Below are positions 29,063 to 45,958 of a DNA stretch of 64,000 nt, one piece after another. Made by a program: the position numbers and the translations under genes. This DNA is from the human T2T-CHM13v2.0 reference genome, Homo sapiens, in the NCBI GenBank assembly GCA_009914755.4, contig CP086569.2, forward strand, positions 11,040,001-11,104,000, read 5' to 3'. The notes below the pieces were generated by a model, which saw only the letters and a program-made list of their open reading frames with translations, did no database searches and was not told the DNA's origin. Position 1 is the stretch's first letter. Every line of letters starts with the position of its first letter.

Positions 29063-30051
29063 ATTTCATTTTAGCATTCCACTGCATTCCATTCCATTCC
29101 ATTCCTTTCTATTGTTTTGCATTCCATTCAATTCCATTCCCCTCAGCTCAACTGCGCTGCTCTCCATACCACTCCTTTCCATTAAATTCCATACCACTCC
29201 ACTCCTTTGCACTCCACTCCATTCCAATCAACTCCACTCCATTCAACTCCAATCCACTCAAATCCACTCCATTCCACGCCACTGCACTTCATTCTATTAT
29301 GTTCCATTCCTTTCCGTTCCTTTCCTTTCCATTCCTTTCCTTTCCATTCCATTCCACTCTATTCCATTCCATTCCACTCCACTCCAATCCACACCACAAT
29401 ACTGCATTCCATTCCATTTCATTCCATTCCACCTCACTCCAATCCCCTCCACTCAACTCCAGTCCACTATACTCTGTTCCATTCCATTCTGTTCCATTCC
29501 GTTCCATGCCATTCCTCTCCATTCCTTTCCACTCCATTCCACTCCAATCTATTTCACAAAATTCCACTCCATTCCACTCTGCTCCACTCAACTCCACTCC
29601 TTTTCATTCCATTCCATTCCATTCCATTCCCCTCTATTCCATTCCATTCCACTCCAAGCTACTACATTTCATTCCAGTCCACTCCACTCCATTCCACCCC
29701 ACTGAACTCCTTTCCATTCCATTCCATTCCATTCCATTCCATTCCATTCCATTCCATTCCGTTCCACTACACTCCAATCCACTGCAGTCAATTGTGTTCC
29801 ACTCCATTCCATTCAATTTTTTTCCACTCCCATCCACTCCATTCAACTCCACTCCATTACACTCCACTCCACTCCACTCCATTCCATTCCACTCCATTCC
29901 GTTCCACTCCTTTCCTGTCCACTCCATTCCACTCCATTCCACTGCACTCCATTCCACTTCACTCGTCTCCTTTCCACTCCAATCGATTCCGCTCCATTGC
30001 ATTCCACTCAACTCCATTCCATTCCATTGTATTCCATTCGTTCCATTCTTC

Positions 30052-30112
30052 CATTTTGAGAGGATCTCACTCTGTCTTCCAGACTGGATTGCAGTGGCTA
30101 AATCTTAGCTCA
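30052..30112 (-). repeat. Alu 3'-terminal fragment, antisense
   Basis: cattttgagaggatctcactctgtcttccagactggattgcagtggctaaatcttagctcac. The 'ttttgagagg' retains the Alu GAGACGG-like start. Confidence 0.65.
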
Positions 30113-30722
30113 CATTTCATTTCACCATTCCATTCCATTCCATTTCATTCCATTCGACTCCACTTCACTTCACTCCACTCCAATCCACTGCACTCCATTC
30201 CACTCTAATCCATTCCATTCCATCCCATTATATTTCACTCCTCTGCGATCCACTCCACTCAACTCCATTCCAGGCCACTTCACTCCTTTCAGTTCCTTGC
30301 CATTCCTTTCCATTCCATTCCACTTCACACCACTCCACTCAACTGCACTCCACTACACTCCATTTCGTTCCATTACACTGACCTCTGACCTAATTGAGTC
30401 AACTCCACTCCAGTCCTCTCCAATCCATTCCATTGCATTCCATTCCATTCCCTTCCTTTCCGTTCCATTCCTCTCCATTCCATTCCACTGCATTCCTTTA
30501 CACTGCACTCCAATTCACTCCATTCAACTCCATTCCACTCCACTCCACTCAATTCCACTCCAATCCGTTCAATTAGACTCCATTCCATTCAACTCCTTTC
30601 CATTCCATTCTACTCCACTCCATTCCACTCCACTCCATTCCACTCCACTGAACTCCATTCTTCTCCATTCCATTCCACTCCACTCCATTCCATTCCACTC
30701 TATTCCATTCGTTTAAATTCCG

Positions 30723-30785
30723 TTATTTCTACTTGATACAACTGTGCTACACAGACTGGAGTGTGGTGGCACAATCTCAGCATAG
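30723..30785 (-). repeat. Alu 3'-terminal fragment, antisense; it ends about 22 bp before the L1 insertion point
   Basis: ttatttctacttgatacaactgtgctacacagactggagtgtggtggcacaatctcagcatag. Confidence 0.55.
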
Positions 30786-30807
30786 ATTTCATTACACCAT
30801 TCCATTC

Positions 30808-30820
30808 TTTTTTTTTTTTT
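30808..30820 (-). other. L1 poly-A tail (13 T on the + strand)
   Basis: A T13 run sits directly between the satellite and the L1 3'UTR. Confidence 0.85.
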
Positions 30821-31025
30821 ATTATACTCTAAGTTTTAGGGTACATGTGCACATTGTGCAGGTTAGTTACATATGTATACATGTGCCATGCTGGTGCGCT
30901 GCACCCACTAATGTGTCATCTAGCATTAGGTATATCTCCCAATGCTATCCCTCCCCCCTCCCCCGACCCCACCACAGTCCCCAGAGTGTGATATTCCCCT
31001 TCCTGTGTCCATGTGATCTCATTGT
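30821..31025 (-). other. L1 3'UTR (about 205 bp)
   Basis: It lies between the ORF2 stop at 31,026 and the poly-A. The sequence matches the L1HS 3'UTR, including 'GATGACACATTAG' (the ACA trinucleotide) and 'CTTAGAGTAT' (the G). Confidence 0.85.
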
Positions 31026-35930
<4,905 letters not shown>

Positions 35931-36837
35931 CTTTGTGGTTTTAACTACTTTTGGTCTTTGATGATGGTGATGTACAGATGGGTTTTCGGTGTAGATGTCC
36001 TTTCTGGTTGTTAGTTTTCCTTCTAACAGACAGGACCCTCAGCTGCAGGTCTGTTGGAATACCCTGCCGTGTGAGGTGTCAGTGTGCCCCTGCTGGGGGG
36101 TGCCTCCCAGTTAGGCTGCTCGGGGGTCAGGGGTCAGGGACCCACTTGAGGAGGCAGTCTGCCCATTCTCAGATCTCCAGCTGCGTGCTGGGAGAACCAC
36201 TGCTCTCTTCAAAGCTGTCAGACAGGGACACTTAAGTCTGCAGAGGTTACTGCTGTCTTTTTGTTTGTCTGTGCCCTGCCCCCAGAGGTGGAGCCTACAG
36301 AGGCAGGCAGGCCTCCTTGAGCTGTGGTGGGCTCCATCCAGTTCCAGCTTCCCTGCTGCTTTGTTTACCTAAGCAAGCCTGGACAATGGCGGGCGCCCCT
36401 CCCCCAGCCTCGTTGCCGCCTTGCAGTTTGATCTCAGACTGCTGTGCTAGCAATCAGCGAGATTCCGTGGGCGTAGGACCCTCTCAGCCAGGTGTGCGAT
36501 ATAGTCTCGTGGTGCGCCGTTTCTTAAGCCGGTCTGAAAAGCGCAATATTCGGGTGGGAGTGACCCGATTTTCCAGGTGCGTCCATCACCCCTTTCTTTG
36601 ACTCGGAAAGGGAACTCCCTGACCCCTTGCACTTCCCAGGTGAGGCAATGCCTCGCCCTGCTTCGGCTCGCGCACGGTATGCACACACACTGGCCTGCGC
36701 CCACTGTCTGGCACTCCCTAGTGAGATGAACCCGGTACCACAGATGGAAATGCAGAAATCACCCGTCTTCTGCATTGCTCACGCTGGGAGCTGTAGACCG
36801 GAGCTGTTCCTATTCGGCCATCTTGGCTCCTCCTCCC
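35931..36837 (-). promoter_or_regulatory. L1 5'UTR (about 907 bp) with the internal sense promoter (YY1 box at the 5' end) and the antisense promoter region
   Basis: A contiguous match to the L1HS 5'UTR as I recall it, running from the L1 start (36,837) to the ORF1 ATG at 35,930. Confidence 0.85.
36386..36601 (+). CDS. L1 ORF0 (primate-specific antisense ORF in the L1 5'UTR), 71 codons, intact
   Basis: An ATG at 36,386 and a TGA at 36,599-36,601 give a 71-aa product, MAGAPPPASLPPCSLISDCCASNQRDSVGVGPSQPGVRYSLVVRRFLSRSEKRNIRVGVTRFSRCVHHPFL. It is antisense to the L1 at roughly L1 positions 237-452. That location and length are where I recall ORF0 to be. Confidence 0.55.
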   Translation: MAGAPPPASLPPCSLISDCCASNQRDSVGVGPSQPGVRYSLVVRRFLSRSEKRNIRVGVTRFSRCVHHPFL

Positions 36838-37500
36838 ATTCTTTCCATTCATTTCCATTCCACTCCATTAGATTCCATTTCATTTCACTCCTTTCCATTC
36901 CATTCCACTGAACTCCATTTCACTCCAATCCACTTCACTCCACTCCACTCTTTTCTGTTCCGTTCTGTTCCATTCTTTTCCTTTCCATTCCATTTCATTC
37001 CATTCCATTCTATTCCATTTCAGTCCACTCATTTCCATTCCATTCCACTCCATTCCAGTTCATTCGACTCCACTCCACTCCACACTGTTCCATTCTGTTC
37101 AGTTCCGTTCTGTTCCATTCCATTGTGTTCCACTCCATTCAAATCCACACCACTCCATTCCACTCCACTGGTTTCACTCAATACAACTCCACTCCACTCC
37201 ATTCCATTCCTCTCCATTCCATTCCACTACACTCCATTCCATTCCATTCGATTCCACCCCATTCGTCTCTATTCCACTGCATTCCATTCCACACCACTCC
37301 ATTCCACTCCACTCCACTCTATTCCACTCCATTTAATTCCATTCAACAGTACTTTATTCAATTTCATTTCACTCCATTCCATTCCATTCCACTCAACTTC
37401 ATTCCTGTCCACTCCATTCCACTCCGCTACACTTCATTCCACTCCCTTCTATTCCACTGCACTCCATTCCATTCCATTCTACTTCATTCCTTTCTATTCC

Positions 37501-37563
37501 TTTATTTCTACTGGATCGCAGTCTGTCACCCAGATGGAGTGAAGTGGCACAGTATTAGCTCAC
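37501..37563 (-). repeat. Alu 3'-terminal fragment, antisense
   Basis: tttatttctactggatcgcagtctgtcacccagatggagtgaagtggcacagtattagctcac. Confidence 0.6.
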
Positions 37564-38201
37564 ATTTCATTTCACCATTCCATTCCATTCCATTCAATTC
37601 CATTACGCTCCACTCCACTCCATTCCGTACCATTCCTTTTATTTCCACTGCGTTCCGATCCACTCCACTCAACTCCACTCCACTCAGTTCCATTCCATTC
37701 CATTCCATTCCCTTCCTTTCCAATCCATTAGACTCAAGTCCATTCCACTCCATTCCATTAGACTCAACTTCATTCCATTCCACTCCATTCCACTCCACTC
37801 CACTCCTCATCCTTTTACTCCTCTCCATTCCATTCCATTCCATTCTTCCGCACTCTAATCCACTCCACTCAACTCCACTCCACTCCATCCCATTCCATTC
37901 CGTTCCCTTCCATTCCATTCCATTACACTCTATTCCATTACATTCACCTCCATTCCACTCCACTCCCATTCATTCCATTCCACTCAATTCCATGCCAATC
38001 CACTCTTTTCCACTCCATTCCATTCCTTTCCACTCCATTCCATACCAATCCATTCCATTCCACTCCATTGCACTCCATGCCACTCCAAAAAATTCCATTC
38101 CACTCTATTCGATTCCATTCCACTCCATTCGATTCTATTCCACTCCATTCTATTCCACTCTGCTCCATTCCATTCTATTTTTCTCCATTGCATTTCCTTC
38201 C

Positions 38202-38268
38202 TTTATTTCGACTGGTTCTGTCTCTGTCACCCAGATTGGAGTGCAGTGGCACAATCTTAACTCTCATT
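38202..38268 (-). repeat. Alu 3'-terminal fragment, antisense
   Basis: ctttatttcgactggttctgtctctgtcacccagattggagtgcagtggcacaatcttaactctc. Confidence 0.65.
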
Positions 38269-38695
38269 TCATTTCACAATTCCATTCCATTCCAATCCAC
38301 TCTAATCCACTGCACTCCTGTACACTCCATTCATTACACTCCATTCATTACACTCCATTCAACTGCACTCAGATCCACTCCACTCCACTCATCTCCACTC
38401 CATTATATTCTGTACCATTCCCTTCCCTTCCGTTCCATTCCACTCCATTCCTTTCCACTCCACTCCATTCCACTCCACTCCTATTCACTCCTTTCCCATC
38501 CATTCAACTCCACTGCATTCCACTACATTCCAATCCATTCCATTCCACTCCAATACTGTCCATTCCACTCAAATCCGTTCCACTCCACTCCATTCCACTC
38601 CAATCCATTCTAGCCCACTCCACCCCATCCCACTCCATTGCATTCACCTCCACTTCATTCCATTCCATTCTACTATATTCCATTCCAATACATTC

Positions 38696-38760
38696 CGTTG
38701 TGTACACTGGATCTCACTCTTTCATCCAGACTGGAGTGCAGTGGAACAATCTTAGTTCAC
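38696..38760 (-). repeat. Alu 3'-terminal fragment, antisense
   Basis: cgttgtgtacactggatctcactctttcatccagactggagtgcagtggaacaatcttagttcac. Confidence 0.6.
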
Positions 38761-39771
38761 ATTTCTTTTCACCATTCCATTCCATTCCATTCCATTACAT
38801 TCCGTCCCACACCATTCCATTCAATTCCTTTCCCTCCATTCTCTTGCATTCCATTCCTCTCCATTCCACTATATTCCACTGCATTCCCTTCCACTCCACT
38901 CCATTCCACTCCTCTCCACTCCACTCCCTTCCAGTCCATTCCACTCCATTACACTACACTCCATTCCACTCTAATCCATTCCCCTTTATTCCCTTCTATT
39001 GCAATAAATTCCACTCCATTCAATTTCATTCCACTCCTTTCCAGTCCACTCAACTCCACTTCATTCCACTCCACTCCATTCCACTCCATTCCTTTCCATT
39101 CCGTTCCATTCCACTCCACTGCATTACACTCAACTCCTTTCCACAATGCTGCATTTTACGCCATTATACTCCATTCCACTCTGTTCCACTGCACTCCACT
39201 CCACTACACTATACTCTACTGCATTCCACTCCACTCCATTACCCTCCGCTAAACTCCATTCCACACCATTCCATTCCATTCCACTCCATTTCATTACTTT
39301 CCTTTCCTCTCCATTCCACTCCATTAAACTCCACTCCATTACAGTCCACTCCACTCCATTCCACTGCATTCCATGCCTTTCCATTACATTACATTCCAAT
39401 CCATTCCAATCCACACAATTCCATTCCACTCCTTTCGACTCCACTCCAATCCCGTCCACTCAACTCCACCCTACCACACTCCACTCCATTCCATTCTGTA
39501 CCATTCCCTTCCATTCCATTCCATTCCACTCACTTCCTTTTCAATCCACTCAATTCCTCTCCACTCCAATTCACTGCATTACCCTCTTTTCCACTCCATT
39601 CCACTCCATTCCATTCCATTCCACTCCATTTCATTCCATTCCTTTCCACTCCATTCCACTCCACTCCATTCCATTCCAATTCATTCTACTACACTCCACC
39701 CCATTCCACTCCATTCCATTACTCTCCACTGCATTCCATTTGATTCTTCTAAATTCCTTTAAATTCCATTC

Positions 39772-39835
39772 CTTTATTTTGACTGTGTCTCACTCTTTCA
39801 CCCAGACTGTAGTGAAGTGGCACAATACTAGTTAA
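39772..39835 (-). repeat. Alu 3'-terminal fragment, antisense
   Basis: ctttattttgactgtgtctcactctttcacccagactgtagtgaagtggcacaatactagttaat. Confidence 0.6.
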
Positions 39836-40923
39836 TATTTCATTTCACCATTCCTTTCCATTCCATTCCATTCCACTCCAATCGATTCCACACCACTCCA
39901 CTCCACTCCTTTCCATTCCATTACACTGCATTCTGATACACTCCACTCAACTCCACTCCGCTCCATTCCGATCCACTCTTTTCCATTCATTTCCATTCCA
40001 TTCCATTCTGCTACACTCCATTCCATTCCACTCCATTCCAATCCATTCCACTACACTGCACTTCACTCCACTCCACTCCCCTCCACTCCACTCAACTACA
40101 ATACACTAAACTCCACTCCATTCCATTCAGTTCCATTCCATTTCATTGCATTCCACTGCACTCCGATCCACTCCACTCAACTCCTCTACACTAATCTCCA
40201 CCCCGTTTTGTTCCATTACTTTACATTCCTTTCCATTCCATTCCATTCCATTCCACTCCACACCACTTCTTTCCATTCCACTCCATTTCATTCCACTCCA
40301 CTCCACTCCAATCCACTTCACTCGTCTCGAATCCATTCCATTCCACTGCACTCCGATCCACTCCACAAAACTCTAATCCACCCCACTCCATTACACTCCG
40401 TTCCATTCCGTTCCTTTCCATTCTGTTGCATTCCATTCCACAACATACCATTCCAGTCCAATCCATTCCACTCCACTCCACTCCACTTCACTCCACTCCA
40501 TTTCACTCCATTCCACCCCTCCCCACTGCACTCTGTGCCTTTCCTTTCCATTCTGTTCCCGTCCGTTCCATTCAATTTCATTCAATTCCATTCCATTCCA
40601 CTCCACTTCATTCCATTCCTGTCCATTTCACTCCATTCCACTGCGTTCGACTCTGATCCTCTGCAATACACTCCACTCCTCTCCAATCCATTCCAATCCA
40701 TTTCATTCCATTCCACTCCACTCCATTCCTTTCCATTACAGGCCATAGCACTGCATTCCACTACATTCCATTCCATTCCACTACATTCCGCTCCACTCCA
40801 TTCCACTCCACTCCACTCCATTCCACTCTATTCCATTCCATTACATTCCACTCCACTCCATTCACCTCCACTCGATTCCAATCCACTCCACTCCATTATA
40901 CTCCATTCTACTCCATTCCATTC

Positions 40924-40992
40924 CTTTATTTGATTGGATTGCTTCTCATTCTGTCACCCAGACTGGAGTTCAGTGGCACAATATTAGCTTAC
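40924..40992 (-). repeat. Alu 3'-terminal fragment, antisense
   Basis: ctttatttgattggattgcttctcattctgtcacccagactggagttcagtggcacaatattagcttac. Confidence 0.6.
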
Positions 40993-41643
40993 TTATCATT
41001 TCAACTTTCCATTCCATGCCATTCAATTACATTCCAATGCATTCCATTCCATTACACTCCACTCCATTCCATGCCATTCCACTCCATTCAATGCCATTGC
41101 ATTCCATTCAATGACATTCCATTCCATTCCACTCCATTCCATTCCGTTCCACTCCACTCCACTCCATTCCATTCCACTCAAATCCACTCCACTCCACTCA
41201 AATCCACTTCACTCCACTTCACTCCATTCCATTCTGCTCCATTCCATTCCGCTCCTTTCTATTCCATTGCACTCCATTCCATTTCTTTAAATGCCATTGC
41301 ACGCCTCTCCATTTCACTCGATTCTACTCCACTCCTCTCCAGTCTACTCCACTCCACTTCACTCTATTCCATTCCTCCCCGTTTCTTTCCATTCCACTCC
41401 ACTCCATTACACTCAAATCCAGTCCTTTCCACTCCATTCCGTTCCATTCCACTCCATTCCATTCCATTCCTCTATATTCCATTCCATTCCATTACACTAC
41501 ATTCCACTCCACTCCATTCCTCTCCACTCCATTCCAATCCACTCCACGCCATTGCACTCAAATACATTCTACTCCAGTCCATTGCACTCCATTACATTCA
41601 ACTCCACTCCATTCAATTCCACACTTCTCCATTCCATTTCTTT

Positions 41644-41709
41644 TCTTTATTTCAGCTGGAACTCACTGTGTCACCCAGACTGGATTGCAGTGGAACAATG
41701 TTAGCTCAC
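41644..41709 (-). repeat. Alu 3'-terminal fragment, antisense
   Basis: tctttatttcagctggaactcactgtgtcacccagactggattgcagtggaacaatgttagctcac. Confidence 0.65.
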
Positions 41710-42693
41710 ATTTCATTTCAACACTCCATTCCATTCCTTTCCATCACTCCACTCCACTCCATTCCAATCAATTCCACTCCACTCCATTCCAATAAAATCC
41801 ACTAGTCTCAAATACAATCAATTCCATTCCACTCCACTCCATTCCGTTCCATTCCATTCCATTGCATATCACTTCTCTCCTACCCACTACAATCAACTCC
41901 AGTCTACGCCTCTCCACTCCACTTCTTTTCATTCCGTTCCATACCATTCCATTCCATTCTGTTCCATTCCATTCCACTCCACTCCACTCCATTACATTCC
42001 ATTTCCCTCCATTCCACTCCACTCCACTCCAGTCCACTCCACTCTATGCCAATACATTCCATTCCATTCCAATCCATTCCACTCCATTACACTCCACTCC
42101 ATTCCATTCCATTCCATTCCACTCCATTCAGTGCCATTCTATTCCTTTCAATACCATTCAATTCCATTCCACTCCTTTCCATTCCGTTCCACTCCACTCC
42201 ACTCCATTCCATTCCACTCAAATCCACTCCACTCCACTCCACTCAAATCCACTCCACTCCACTTCACTCCATTCAATTCTATTCCATTCCATTCTGCTCC
42301 TTTCTATTTCATTCCAGTCCATTCCATTCCTTTAAACGCCATTCCACGCCCCTCCATTTCACTCGATTCTACTCCACTCCTCTCCACTCTACTCCACTTC
42401 ACTTCACTCTATTCCATTCCTCCCCATTCCTTTCCATTCCACTCCATTCCACTCCACTCCATTACACTCAAATCCAGTCCTTTCCACTCCATTCCGTTCC
42501 ATTCCACTCCATTCCATTCCATTCCTCTACATTCCATTCCATTCCATTACACTACATTCCACTCCATTCCTCTCCACTCCATTCCAATCCACTCCACTCC
42601 ATTGCACTCAACTACATTCTACTCCAGTCCATTGCACTCCATTACATTCAACTCCACTCCATTCAATTCCACTGTTCTCCATTCCATTTCTTT

Positions 42694-42759
42694 TCTTTAT
42701 TTCAGCTGGAACTCACTGTGTCACCCAGACTGGATTGCAGTGGAACAATGTTAACTCAC
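42694..42759 (-). repeat. Alu 3'-terminal fragment, antisense (a copy of the one at 41,644 within the 1.04-kb duplication)
   Basis: tctttatttcagctggaactcactgtgtcacccagactggattgcagtggaacaatgttaactcac. Confidence 0.65.
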
Positions 42760-43547
42760 ATTTCATTTCAACATTACATTCCATTCCTTTCCATCACTTC
42801 ACTCCACTCCATTCCAATCAATTCCACTCCACTCCATTCCAATAAAATCCACTAGTCTCAAATACACTCCATTCCATTCCACTCCACTCCACTCCATTCC
42901 ATTCCATTACATTCCATATCACTTCTCTCCTATCAACTACCGTCAACGCCACTCTACACCTCTCCACTCCACTTCTTTTCATTCCGTTCCATACCATTCC
43001 ATACCATTCCATTCCATTCTGTTCCATTCCCTTCCACTCCATTCCACTCCATTGCATTCCGTTTCCCTCCATTCCACTCCACTCCACTCCAGTCCACTCC
43101 ACTCTACGCCAATACATTCCTTTCCATTCCATTCCATTGCATGCCATTCCATTCCATTCCACTGCACTCCTATCAACTCCTCTCAACTTCACTACTGTCC
43201 ACTCCTTTCCATTCCATTCTGTTCTGCTCTGTTCCATTCCATTCCGTTCATTTCCACTCCACTCCACTCCTCTACATTCCATTACATGTAATTCCATTTC
43301 ACTGCATTACACTACCCTCCACACCACTGCACTCAACTCCAATCCATTCCAATTCATTCCATTCCATTCTGCTCCTTTCCACTGAACTGCACTCCACCAC
43401 ACTCCACTCCACTTCGTTCCATTCCATTCCATCCCATTCCATTCCACTCCATTCCACTCCACCCCACCTCACTCCACTGCACTCCACTCCAGTCCACTCC
43501 ATTGCATACCATTCCATTCCATTCCACTGCATTCCATTCCATTTCTT

Positions 43548-43608
43548 TCTTTTCAGAATATCTCCCTCTGTCACCCAACCTGGAGTGCAGTGGCACAATC
43601 TCTGCTCA
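43548..43608 (-). repeat. Alu 3'-terminal fragment, antisense
   Basis: ttttcagaatatctccctctgtcacccaacctggagtgcagtggcacaatctctgctcac. Confidence 0.6.
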
Positions 43609-43887
43609 CATTTTATTTCACAATTCCATTCCATTCCATTCCATTCCGCTCCATTCCACTCCACTCCAATCATTTCCACTCCATTGCATTCCAGTCCACT
43701 CCATTCCGTTCGGTTACATGCCATTCCATTCCATTCCTTTCAACTCCTTTCCACTCTGCTCCACTCCATTCCATTCCAATCTACTCCACTCTCCTCTTTT
43801 CCATTTCCTTCCATCCCATTCCATTCTACTCCTTTCCACTCCATTCCATTCGGTTCCATTCCATTCCATTTCATTCCTTTTCAATAT

Positions 43888-43950
43888 TTTCTTTCGACAG
43901 GATCTCACTCTGTACCACAGGCTGGAGTGCAGTTGCAAAATCACAGCTCA
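43888..43950 (-). repeat. Alu 3'-terminal fragment, antisense; the least decayed copy, retaining CAGGCTGGAGTGCAG
   Basis: ttttctttcgacaggatctcactctgtaccacaggctggagtgcagttgcaaaatcacagctcac. Confidence 0.7.
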
Positions 43951-44832
43951 CATTTCATTTCAGCATTCCATTCCATTCCATTGCATTCCATTCTATTCCA
44001 TTCCATTACACTCCGTTTCATTCCAATCCATTCCATCCCTTTCCATTCCATTGCATTCCATTCCATTCCACTGCACTGTGATCCACTCCACTCAACTCCG
44101 CTCCACTCCAGTCAATTCCATTCCATTCCACTCCATTTCAATCCATTCCACTCCATTACATTTCATTCCACTGTACTAAATTCCATTCCATTCCACTGTA
44201 CTCCAGTGCACTCCACTCCACTACTTTCCACTCCACTCCACTCTGTTACACACCTCTCCATTCCATTCAATTCCATTTTCTTCCATTCCATTCCATTCCA
44301 CTGCACTCCTTTCTATTCCACTCAACTCCATTCCACTCCACTGCATTCAGTTCCCTTCCTTTCCATTCAATTCCCTTCCATTCCTTTCCCTTCAGTTCCA
44401 TTCCTTTCCATTCTACTCCACTGCCTTCCATTCCACTCCATTTCACCCCATTCGACTCCATTCTACTCTACTCCATACCACTTCACTCCACTCCACTCCA
44501 CTGTACTCCACTCCAGTCCATTCCATTCCCTTGCGTTCCATTCAGTTCCAATCCATTTCCCTCCCTTCTATTCCACTCCACTCCACTCCACTCCATTTCT
44601 CTCCATTCCACTACATTCCTCTCCACTCCATTCCACTCCACTCCACTCCCTTCCATTACACTTCAATCCATTCTATTCCACTCCATTCCCTTCTATTCCA
44701 TTACACTCCATTCCTCTCCATTCCACTCCACTCCATTCTTCTCCAATCCATTATACTCCACTCCACTCCATTCGACTCCATTCCGTTAACCTCCACCTCA
44801 TTCCTTTCCATTCTACTCCATTCCATTCCATT

Positions 44833-44900
44833 CTTTTATTTCGTCTAAATCTCACTCTGTCACCAAGACTGGAATGGAGTAGAACAATCTTAGCTCACAT
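44833..44900 (-). repeat. Alu 3'-terminal fragment, antisense
   Basis: cttttatttcgtctaaatctcactctgtcaccaagactggaatggagtagaacaatcttagctcac. Confidence 0.6.
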
Positions 44901-45893
44901 TTCTTTTCACAATACCATTCCATTCCATTCCATCCCATTCCATTACACTCCACTCCATTCCTTTCCAGTCCACTCCAATCCACTCTACTCAACTCCACTC
45001 CATTCTATTCCACTCCATTTCAATCCACTCCACAACTTGCATTTCCATTTCATTCCATTCCTTTTCATTCTATCCTAATGCACTCCCATCCACTCCACGC
45101 AACTCCACTGCACTCCAGGCCACAACACGCCATTCTGATCCTTTCCATTTCGTGCTCTTCCATTCCACTCCTTTCCATTCCACTCCTCTGATTTCCATTC
45201 CACCCCACTCCACTCCACTCCACTCCATTCCATTCCTTTCCATTCCAGTCAAATCCCTTCACTCCATTCCATTCAATTCCATTCCCTTCCATTCCATTTC
45301 ATTCCATTCCATTCCATTCTACTGCACTCCAATCCACCCGTCTCATCTCCACTCCACTCCATTCCGTTCCTTTCCGTTCCATACCATTCCATCGCATTCC
45401 AATCCATTACTGACCATTCCATTCCTTTCCATTCCATTCCATTCCACAACACTCTATTCCGTTCCACTCCGTTCAACTCCATTCCACTCCAATCCACTCC
45501 ACGGCACTCCACTCCACTGCACTCCAATATACTTCATTCCATTCCATTAAATTCCACTGCACAAATAGCTAATCCACTCACCTCCACTCCATTCCCATCC
45601 ACTCCACTCCATTCCATTCTGTTCCATTCCATTCCATTCGGTTGCTTTCCATTCCACTCAATACCACTCCACTCCATTCCACTCCATAATATTGCACTCC
45701 ACTCCACTCAATTCCACTCCATTCCACTCCATTCCATTAAATTCCATTTCACTCCATTCCACTCGACCCACGTCCACTGCTTTCCACTCCACTCCATTCC
45801 AAACCACTACATTCCACTCCACTCCATTCCATTCCCCTCTGTTCCATTCCACCTCACACCATTCTGCTCCATTATATTCCATTCCATTCCATT

Positions 45894-45958
45894 CTTTATT
45901 TCGACCGGGTCTCACTCTGTCACCCAGACTGGAGTACAGTGGCACAATAATAGCTCAC
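45894..45958 (-). repeat. Alu 3'-terminal fragment, antisense
   Basis: ctttatttcgaccgggtctcactctgtcacccagactggagtacagtggcacaataatagctcac. Confidence 0.7.

Larger units (their letters stand above)
1..30807 (+). repeat. Human satellite III (HSat3): diverged (ATTCC)n/(CATTC)n pentamer array on the + strand, (GGAAT)n on the - strand
   Basis: The pentamer ccatt/cattc and its variants (cactc, caatc, cattg, cgttc) dominate throughout. Near-pure runs occur at e.g. 2041-2110 and 3175-3236. The + strand is strongly G-depleted. No HSat2-type 23/26-mer structure and no CAACCCGAGT-type 10-mer were seen. Confidence 0.9.
41090..43140 (+). repeat. Two tandem copies of a roughly 1.04-kb HSat3 higher-order unit, about 95% identical
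   Basis: 41,090-42,114 aligns with 42,115-43,140. This includes the Alu fragments at 41,644 and 42,694 and the distinctive 'aataaaatccactagtctcaaataca' block at 41,790 and 42,840. The duplicated track ORFs 40930..41805 and 42046..42855 end in the same peptide. Confidence 0.8.

Noticed and set aside
37125-39743. An 872-aa + strand ORF, and similar 300-690-aa ORFs (e.g. 52820..54877, 43141..45078, 17570..19186, 60492..62033, 6390..7898), that look like large proteins
   Set aside because: They are translations of the (CATTC)n strand, which is intrinsically free of stop codons. The products are pure HS(I/T)PF/LHSTP low-complexity. The frames are interchangeable, and there is no codon-position structure or domain-like region. 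They are not genes.
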